A DNA stretch of 63,855 nt, the filler included, from Collodictyon triciliatum (taxonomy: Eukaryota), in NCBI GenBank assembly GCA_043381765.1. It is 7 parts of 7 records of this genome, joined end to end, with 100 filler letters (N's around TTAATTAATTAA, not from the genome) between each part and the next. Parts side by side here need not be neighbours in the genome. Positions count along the whole stretch, not along the records: positions 11,478 to 22,850 come from JBHJMP010002416.1; 6 more parts are not named here. The stretch is one strand, 5' to 3'. The first letter of the stretch is position 1, and each line of letters opens with the position of its first letter. The notes under the pieces were generated by a model. The model searched no databases, had not been told where the DNA came from, and worked only from the letters and a program-made list of their open reading frames with translations. This document shows, piece by piece, positions 12,842 through 19,814 of the stretch. The translations under genes were made by a program, and so were the position numbers.

Positions 12842-14404
12842 TTATTCAACACGGAAAGTTTGCTGGTTGCTCTGGATTTCAAGCACGGCATCGTACAAGC
12901 TAGCCACCACCATTGTATAAGCAACATTGTCCGGACCCTGGCCCTCCCATTCCAACCGCAATGTCATAAGGCCGCTACCGCTAGACTGGATATCTACTCC
13001 CACTATTTCGCTCTCGACTGCATCGAGTACCTTGCGCAAATTAAACCCTAGCACAAACTCCGTGCACGGCGAACCTCCAGCCTCTGCGGCATACCTAACA
13101 GCTTGAGCTAGAGTTGTTGGATTTGTAGCACCGTCCTGCTGTTTAATACCAGCATAATTAGCACTGTACGCTAACCCCCCAGCCCCTGTGTAAGGCGCAG
13201 ATACTGCCACACCATTTTCATTTAGTAATGCGACTGGAGTATTGGCCGCAAAACCTTCTAACAGATTCTGTGTCGTTTGTCTATGAGGCGTGTGATATCG
13301 GGACCCATGAAACCCAAAAGGTCCAGTGTATTCAGAACGCACAAAGGTCAACCCCAAAGCTTTCTGTAGCTCTAAGAAAGCCTGGCAAGCATTACCCTTA
13401 GTTACCATACTCTGAAGGGGATAATAGAATGAGCCCAACTGGAGCTGAGCACTGACAAGATTTGGCGGCTTGTGCTTCCTGTCTTTTCCGGCTATTGTGA
13501 TTTTATTCTGTTCGTCCTGGCGAAAGAAAGCAACATAGACAGCATTCAGACTTTTCACTGTGTCATTAATATTAAACGTGTGCATCGTGGTCGGGGTTCC
13601 AGGAATCGAGAACAAGGATGTGCGCCAGGTCTTGTATGGGATCTGAAGCGGTACTCCTCGTGAAATACTAGACTGAAGCTGAGCGTGATATTCAGGCGCC
13701 ATCCGAACCAAGTCATAGCTCAAGAAACACTTTGTTAATTTGTAACTCACATTCGCTGGAGCAGATCCGACTGTTGCTGCTGCGTCAGTTCGGTTCACCT
13801 GAATACACTCGGTGCTTGGTGCAAGCTCGATTTGAAATTGGAACGCTGAGACACTATCAATCAGTGAAGTCGAAATTAGTCCCGAGTAATTCGATATACC
13901 TGAAAGTCTAAACGGTATACAATAATTTTTCGCATCAGTACTAACAATACCATTAGCTGGGCCAGTCACTGACTGAACTCTGTTATAGTAATTGTCAATT
14001 CCCATAATTGCCGCCCCTACACATTTGTTGTAGTCGTCTGAAATATAGTTCATAAATATCGAGTCCAAGAAGTTGTACCGCTGTATATCTTCCAAAAGAA
14101 ACGACGTACCCTTTCTTATCTGCAGAGTTTGGATAATTGATTCTATTGAATTCAAGAAAGTAACATTATATGTACCACCATCAGCAGCATCTAGAAGTGT
14201 AATTTCGGCATCGAAATGCAGGAAAAGCGTATCAAGGTCTATTTCCATACCAGTCTCGCTCGGTATGTTAAACATTACTCTGTCCACATTTCTTGGACCA
14301 AACTCTGCTCCGTTAAAGGGTGATATTCTCGTGGTGTGACGGGCCAAAACCTTATCATTGTAATTTCTTATTTTCATGTACTTCGCCTCGCTAGGATACT
14401 CCAT
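12842..14404 (-). CDS. Major capsid protein, double jelly-roll, PLV-type (520 aa)
   Basis: N-terminal ISPFNGAEFGP...VMFNIP...IDLDTLFLHFD; SIIQTLQIRKGTSFLLEDIQRYN; second barrel INDTVKSLNAVYVAF, QLQLGSFYYP; C-terminal FVLGFNL...GVDI...LYDAVLEI. This pattern matches PLV MCPs; intronless. Confidence 0.88.
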   Translation of the reverse strand: MEYPSEAKYMKIRNYNDKVLARHTTRISPFNGAEFGPRNVDRVMFNIPSETGMEIDLDTLFLHFDAEITLLDAADGGTYNVTFLNSIESIIQTLQIRKGTSFLLEDIQRYNFLDSIFMNYISDDYNKCVGAAIMGIDNYYNRVQSVTGPANGIVSTDAKNYCIPFRLSGISNYSGLISTSLIDSVSAFQFQIELAPSTECIQVNRTDAAATVGSAPANVSYKLTKCFLSYDLVRMAPEYHAQLQSSISRGVPLQIPYKTWRTSLFSIPGTPTTMHTFNINDTVKSLNAVYVAFFRQDEQNKITIAGKDRKHKPPNLVSAQLQLGSFYYPLQSMVTKGNACQAFLELQKALGLTFVRSEYTGPFGFHGSRYHTPHRQTTQNLLEGFAANTPVALLNENGVAVSAPYTGAGGLAYSANYAGIKQQDGATNPTTLAQAVRYAAEAGGSPCTEFVLGFNLRKVLDAVESEIVGVDIQSSGSGLMTLRLEWEGQGPDNVAYTMVVASLYDAVLEIQSNQQTFRVE

Positions 14405-14444
14405 GCATATGCCGAGAAATTAATTTCAGATCAAACGCGCCCCA

Positions 14445-14696
14445 AGAATAAAATGGGCATTGGCATGTCTATGTGTTTTACCTACTGCTTAACCCCCCTT
14501 TTAGGGCCCTTCCAAAACCACTTTTAATTTGACCCTACCCTAGATAAAATTGTGTAAGGTAAGGTATATTTTTCTATCGACTTTCTATATTTTGGGGGTT
14601 GAACAAGTAAGGATAAACATAGGATAAACATAAAGTTATGAGACTAAAAGAAGTAAGGGAACACCCGAATGCCCATTTTCTTCTGGAGGATAAACA
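14445..14696. promoter_or_regulatory. Degenerate palindromic non-coding region with short direct repeats (candidate origin/promoter/structured RNA)
   Basis: AGAATAAAATGGGCATT (14445-14461) vs AATGCCCATTTTCTTCT (14668-14684), 16/17 inverted match; AGGATAAACA x3 (14610, 14621, 14687). Confidence 0.45.
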
Positions 14697-14722
14697 GGAC
14701 TTAAACAGGGGATCTGCATTGT

Positions 14723-15082
14723 TTACCTAAATCTCAATTCTCTCCCGTGAGTGGCCAGCGCATAAGCCTGACCCAGGTCATGGATGCCAGAGCCTAAACT
14801 TTTTGTATTCATTTTTTTGATGTCTAGGTCTCCCAGAGTGCTCAATCCCCTACCGAGGTAATTGGCTGCCTTGATAGTGCTGACCAGGGGATTGGTGATG
14901 GTCTGGATGGCGGGCTTCACTCCAGTACTCGTCAATAAATTGTCGACCAGACCCATGCTGGCATCGTCGAGTTTCACATATGCATTGTTGAGCCCCTCTA
15001 GTCGTCGTATCGCTCTGTCAGTTGATGTAGTAAGAAATCGCCCTACCCCTCGTGCTCCTCGTTGTGCGTAATTTACAATCAT
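14723..15082 (-). CDS. Small basic, Gly-rich amphipathic viral protein (119 aa), candidate core/membrane-penetration protein
   Basis: ATG-initiated ORF upstream of and co-oriented with the MCP; Arg/Gly-rich termini, amphipathic helical pattern. Confidence 0.65.
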   Translation of the reverse strand: MIVNYAQRGARGVGRFLTTSTDRAIRRLEGLNNAYVKLDDASMGLVDNLLTSTGVKPAIQTITNPLVSTIKAANYLGRGLSTLGDLDIKKMNTKSLGSGIHDLGQAYALATHGRELRFR

Positions 15083-15115
15083 ACTGAAAGCACAGATAAA
15101 AATCTAGGGTATAGC

Positions 15116-18100
15116 ATGAGCGTACCACCCAGAAAATTAAATGTAGCACGATATGCACCTGATCAAAAAGCACAGTATAAAAAACAAGTTGAAAGGTATG
15201 TTGAAGCCAGTTATAGAAAAGACGGTGACATCGAACCAGAGCTAATTCGAATTCCAGAAATTATACAGTTTGTATACCCCAAAAAAGCGCACACAGGAAG
15301 TTTATCTGCTGCGATTATAAATCAAATCGGCGTAATAAAACATGGGACTTTTGAAGGTGCGCTAGAAGAAGCTAGAAAAAATAACACTCCTGAGTACTTT
15401 TCTGATACCTATGGATTAAGACCAGGTGTAGCACCTAAGCTTGAAACAGTCAGAAATAAACTAATAGCGACATGGATAGAATATAATAAGTCTGTCCCTC
15501 CACTTTCTGCAAAAGCGCAACAATACCTAGAATCGCAATCGATGGCACCCCCTAAGAAACAACCTTCAGCTCAGGCAGGCACACCTCGAAGTGCTGCTCT
15601 TCCAGAAGCCGTAAGCGAGGCTAGTACAAGAGCCCCTTCACCTGAGAAAGATGACCAAGGATTTCGAGATTCAACTGAAGTTGATCTTGATGAAGCCGAA
15701 CGACAACGCTTACGAGCAGTTACATTAAGTGAAGGACTAGCCCCGAGTGATATGGACACATTTCAAACTGAACAAGAAGAAGAAGAAGAAGAAGAAGAAG
15801 AAGAAGAAGAAGAAGAAGAAGAAGAAGAAGAAGAAGAAGAAAGAAAAGAAGAAGTACAAGAAGAAGAAATAAAAGAAGACGAGAACACAGTTTTACTAGA
15901 CGCGGACGAGATCAGTGCTCGTTACGGCCTGCTTCGAAACACTTTTTCGTCCACCACCAAAGAGATTTTCGTTTTAGAGTACCTACAGAAACGCAAAAGG
16001 GGAATCCCAGTCCCGACACACATCCACGCTCTCGCTAATCGCATTTTACAGTTGCTGCGTGGACGAGGAATTTTACAATACACAGACTTTCCAAAGTTCG
16101 TACCCTCAGGAGACTATGATGATACAGAATGGGACAATGCTGAAGCAGTATTGAACGAGTACCTCACCGCAGAAGTGACACAAACACTTTACAATGTCTG
16201 GGTTGATGAGGAGACTAAAGAAGAACTAAGAGATGCCAGACTGATTCTACTCGAACGACTGGCCGAAGAAGAGTTGATTGCCGAAAAACTCCTAGAGCGC
16301 AGACTGAATAAAGAGCGAGCTGAAAGAGCCGCAGAAAGAGACGCAAGAAAAAAGAAACAAGAAGAAAGAGACGAAATGATAAGAGCAGCTCGAGCAGCAG
16401 GGAAAAAGGCAGCAGCAGTAGCCGTACAAGAATCGGGACCAACTATCAAAGAACAAATTCAACAACTGCGACAAGAAAGAGACACATTACTCGATCAATT
16501 GCCGACATTAGGGCCACAATTACCTAGCAAACTCGACCCGTCTTTCAGAGCCAGAATGATGTTGATTTATATGCAGCAAGTGAAACAATACAAAGAAGCA
16601 GAGGTCGAAACTCTTGAACCTGATGCTCTAGTAAGAACTACCGCATATGAAGAAGCTGTAAACGAGATGTTAACAACTATAATCAGAGCACAACGTATCA
16701 GACGCGAAGCCTTACAACAAACATATTTAGCACAAACCGAAGCGAATTTGTACTTTGGTGAAGATGACGAGGCACGACTTAATCAACAATTAGAAGAGAT
16801 AGACGGTTTCATTGAAAAGGACCTTCCCATTGACGACGATGATTTCTTGAGAGACGTTGCCACACTTTTCTTAGTTGCACAGGAGCAAGCCGAACAACTT
16901 CAGCCGGGAAGCAGACAAGCCCTGGACAATTCTATGAAAATGTTGAATGAAAAAGTAACATTGCCAACGTCACCAGATGACATTGATATTACTTTTACAA
17001 ACTTGGGGCAAGCACAAGAAGCAGACTCAGCTTTAGCCACACCGGCAGCCACACGGGCAGAATATTTACAAAGAGCAAAATTTTATACTGAAGATGTATC
17101 TAAGGTTGGAACTAAAAGAACCGGTGATTCCGGAGTAGTTACTAGAATACAATTAACTTTTGATGAGCCAGGGGACACTTCAAAAGATGAGATAATCAGA
17201 AAACTACAAAAAGAAAATGATGAACTAAATAAAGAATTAGCACGGCTGCAAGGAGTAGCAAGTGAAGCTCAACAACTGTATGACAACTTATTCTATGGTA
17301 TGTTAAGAATACAAGACGTCAACGAAACGGCCCGCAGAATGGACGCCGAGTATATCAACAAGTTACGAAATAAAATGTTAGAGGACGCCGAGGATATTGC
17401 CAAGTTACGAAAGACAATGTCAGAGTTGACACCTCGCAAACCCGGCCGATCTATAAAACCTGCTCCGGTTGCGCAAACTCAGGCTGCTACTCAAACGTGG
17501 ACTCCGCTTCATGAAATCAGACATCGAGAATATCCTGTGACACCCAAAAAAAGTGAAGGGGTCATTGCATGGACACCCGACAAGACACCCGATAGACCGA
17601 AAGGACCGATAGGACGAATCGAAGGAGCCGAGTCACAACAAACAGCTGCCACACAGCGATCGTTTACACCTAGAGCCCCAGTAGAACAACTTGCATTACC
17701 CGCACCCGAGCGCACGTTTGCACTTGAGGCGCCATTCGCTGAGAGTTCAAAGACCTTGACTGTCAGACTGAACCAGACGACCAGAAATCTAGCAATGGTC
17801 AAGAGAATGAGCCCCAGTGTATCCGCCTTAACGACCACACAAGGCGATTTGCTGAGCCCCCAACAGCTGTACATTAAACAACTCCAACAAGAAAGAAATG
17901 AGTTGAGACGACAATTAGGCAATCAACGTTTGGCTATTCAGGACAGCAAAAAACCAACACCTCCACAGGACCTACAAGCACGACTTGACGCAATTCAAGC
18001 AGAATACAATCAGTATAAAGAAAATGAGATTAGAAGAATAGCCGCTTATAAAACTGCTTTACAATCCGCACAAAGGCAATTAATTGACTCGCATAAAGAA

Positions 18101-19033
18101 ACCGGTAATGACATTTTCCAAAATACACAACATGAAAATTCTCTTAACCCATTGTCTAAACTAATTAAAAAGGCGTTAGAAGACGCTGCTGTTGATTTAA
18201 TAACACTTGAAAAACTGAGACTACAACAGCTCGAGTTTTACACGGCTCTTGATCAAGAGCGACTAGCGCAGATTGCTGAACTGGAAGCAAGACAACCGGA
18301 TGACAATTCCAATGCAGACGGCAAGGGCAAGAGACTGAAGCAGGCCATTAACCGAGCCAACGAAGAGCAAGCCAGGAACGTAAAGCTACGAGAAGAAATG
18401 GCAGAATTACAAACTCGACTCGATACATTAGCACAACAACAACAACAAGCACAGGCTCAACCTATAAGCACAGACCCCGCTGAACTTGCACGACAACAGG
18501 CATTACTTGCACAACAACAAAACCAGATAGAAGACCTAACAAGACAATTACGTGAAAAAGAAGCCCGATTAGCAGCACCTAGAACACCAATAAGAGCCCC
18601 GGCACAACCAACAGCACAACCGGTACAACCACCAACATTAACACCTCAAAGACCTACTGCTGTTTTGCCCGCCCCACAGACCCCCCGAGAACGGGCTTTA
18701 GAAATCTTACGGGCTGAGCGTCATGCCGATGCCAAAACATACAATGCACTACAACAACGATTTCAAGAACAGGGCGGCACGATGCAGAGACTACAGCGAC
18801 AAGTAGAAGAGCAGGGTGGTACGGTGCAGAGACTACAGCGACAAGTAGAAGAGCAGGGCGGCACAATTCAATTCCAAGCTCAAGAAGGTAGAGAACGAGA
18901 ACAAGAAATTCAAAGACTCGTCCAGGAAAATATTGACCTAACAGCAATTGTAGACAGATATAAAGCACAATTAAGACGAGGGGGTGCTACTACACCCAGA
19001 GGGGAAGCCCCCCCCCCCCCCCACAACACCTAG
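15116..19033 (+). CDS. Large coiled-coil viral protein (~1305 aa from first ATG), possibly continuing into 19065-19784 via a poly-C frameshift
   Basis: Long intronless ORF rich in E/Q/L/R heptads; (GAA)22 poly-Glu at 15776-15841; 42-bp tandem repeat at 18764-18871. Confidence 0.85.
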   Translation: MSVPPRKLNVARYAPDQKAQYKKQVERYVEASYRKDGDIEPELIRIPEIIQFVYPKKAHTGSLSAAIINQIGVIKHGTFEGALEEARKNNTPEYFSDTYGLRPGVAPKLETVRNKLIATWIEYNKSVPPLSAKAQQYLESQSMAPPKKQPSAQAGTPRSAALPEAVSEASTRAPSPEKDDQGFRDSTEVDLDEAERQRLRAVTLSEGLAPSDMDTFQTEQEEEEEEEEEEEEEEEEEEEEEERKEEVQEEEIKEDENTVLLDADEISARYGLLRNTFSSTTKEIFVLEYLQKRKRGIPVPTHIHALANRILQLLRGRGILQYTDFPKFVPSGDYDDTEWDNAEAVLNEYLTAEVTQTLYNVWVDEETKEELRDARLILLERLAEEELIAEKLLERRLNKERAERAAERDARKKKQEERDEMIRAARAAGKKAAAVAVQESGPTIKEQIQQLRQERDTLLDQLPTLGPQLPSKLDPSFRARMMLIYMQQVKQYKEAEVETLEPDALVRTTAYEEAVNEMLTTIIRAQRIRREALQQTYLAQTEANLYFGEDDEARLNQQLEEIDGFIEKDLPIDDDDFLRDVATLFLVAQEQAEQLQPGSRQALDNSMKMLNEKVTLPTSPDDIDITFTNLGQAQEADSALATPAATRAEYLQRAKFYTEDVSKVGTKRTGDSGVVTRIQLTFDEPGDTSKDEIIRKLQKENDELNKELARLQGVASEAQQLYDNLFYGMLRIQDVNETARRMDAEYINKLRNKMLEDAEDIAKLRKTMSELTPRKPGRSIKPAPVAQTQAATQTWTPLHEIRHREYPVTPKKSEGVIAWTPDKTPDRPKGPIGRIEGAESQQTAATQRSFTPRAPVEQLALPAPERTFALEAPFAESSKTLTVRLNQTTRNLAMVKRMSPSVSALTTTQGDLLSPQQLYIKQLQQERNELRRQLGNQRLAIQDSKKPTPPQDLQARLDAIQAEYNQYKENEIRRIAAYKTALQSAQRQLIDSHKETGNDIFQNTQHENSLNPLSKLIKKALEDAAVDLITLEKLRLQQLEFYTALDQERLAQIAELEARQPDDNSNADGKGKRLKQAINRANEEQARNVKLREEMAELQTRLDTLAQQQQQAQAQPISTDPAELARQQALLAQQQNQIEDLTRQLREKEARLAAPRTPIRAPAQPTAQPVQPPTLTPQRPTAVLPAPQTPRERALEILRAERHADAKTYNALQQRFQEQGGTMQRLQRQVEEQGGTVQRLQRQVEEQGGTIQFQAQEGREREQEIQRLVQENIDLTAIVDRYKAQLRRGGATTPRGEAPPPPHNT

Positions 19034-19064
19034 ACAACCGCAAAATAATCCTCTTGGTACTGGT

Positions 19065-19784
19065 ATGGCTACACGTTCGACACAATCATTTACTGCCTCC
19101 CAGCGCGGCGCAGGTATCAATCCTCAAGTTGTTAACCCCTCGTTTGTTGGAGCTACGCCAAGTATGACACCAGTCTTTGCACCAAACAGACCGCAAGTCA
19201 GAGATTCCCGAGACACATCCAACGCTAGCAGATTTGCTCAGAAAGTGTCAAGGTTCTTTGAAACACAGCCCCCAGGTACCACCAACACTACATTCGCTTT
19301 TAATTCTTATGATACATTCTTAAATGCTATGGCAACATATGGCATCGAAGCAGTTGATTTGACAAGCGACACTAGTTATCTCGAAGAAATTGTAGTATCA
19401 TTTTATTCTGGGGATGTATCGAGACAGGTCTTTAACGCAATCATTACCAGTGCGAGAGCAGCTGGGGCGTGGCCTCTCAAGTACCAACCCAAGTATGGAG
19501 AAACTCAAAAAGTAGGTACTCGTTCGGTTGCATTCATGAACCAGTCACTCGGGCAAGTAGTCAATTCAGATATGGGCACGATTTTCTTGGGATCACAGCC
19601 TGGTAGTGTCATCCGCAGACAGGGCTTGAATTACGTCGTAAGCGGACCACGGGGTGAAAAAGCTGTCTTTGGAACAGCCCGAGACGCTCAATATTACTCT
19701 TCGGCTAAAGGCAAGAGATACGGCCCGGTCACAGAAAGCGTCTTTGGTTATAAACCGAAAAACCTTTCGCAGGCAATCTATTAA
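19065..19784 (+). CDS. Hypothetical viral protein (~239 aa) or C-terminal domain of the upstream large protein
   Basis: Open frame from 18984 overlapping the previous ORF in the +1 frame; first ATG at 19065. Confidence 0.7.
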   Translation: MATRSTQSFTASQRGAGINPQVVNPSFVGATPSMTPVFAPNRPQVRDSRDTSNASRFAQKVSRFFETQPPGTTNTTFAFNSYDTFLNAMATYGIEAVDLTSDTSYLEEIVVSFYSGDVSRQVFNAIITSARAAGAWPLKYQPKYGETQKVGTRSVAFMNQSLGQVVNSDMGTIFLGSQPGSVIRRQGLNYVVSGPRGEKAVFGTARDAQYYSSAKGKRYGPVTESVFGYKPKNLSQAIY

Positions 19785-19814
19785 ACAATTGTTACTATTA
19801 ATAAGAATTGTTTA
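19782..19814. terminator. Imperfect AT-rich hairpin spanning two convergent stop codons
   Basis: TAAACAATT-gttactattaataag-AATTGTTTA: 9-bp perfect outer stem plus further internal pairing. Confidence 0.5.

Noticed and set aside
15062-19033. Host myosin/SMC/kinesin gene
   Set aside because: No motor or ATPase motifs, intronless, embedded among capsid genes; the TTG start at 15062 was replaced by ATG 15116
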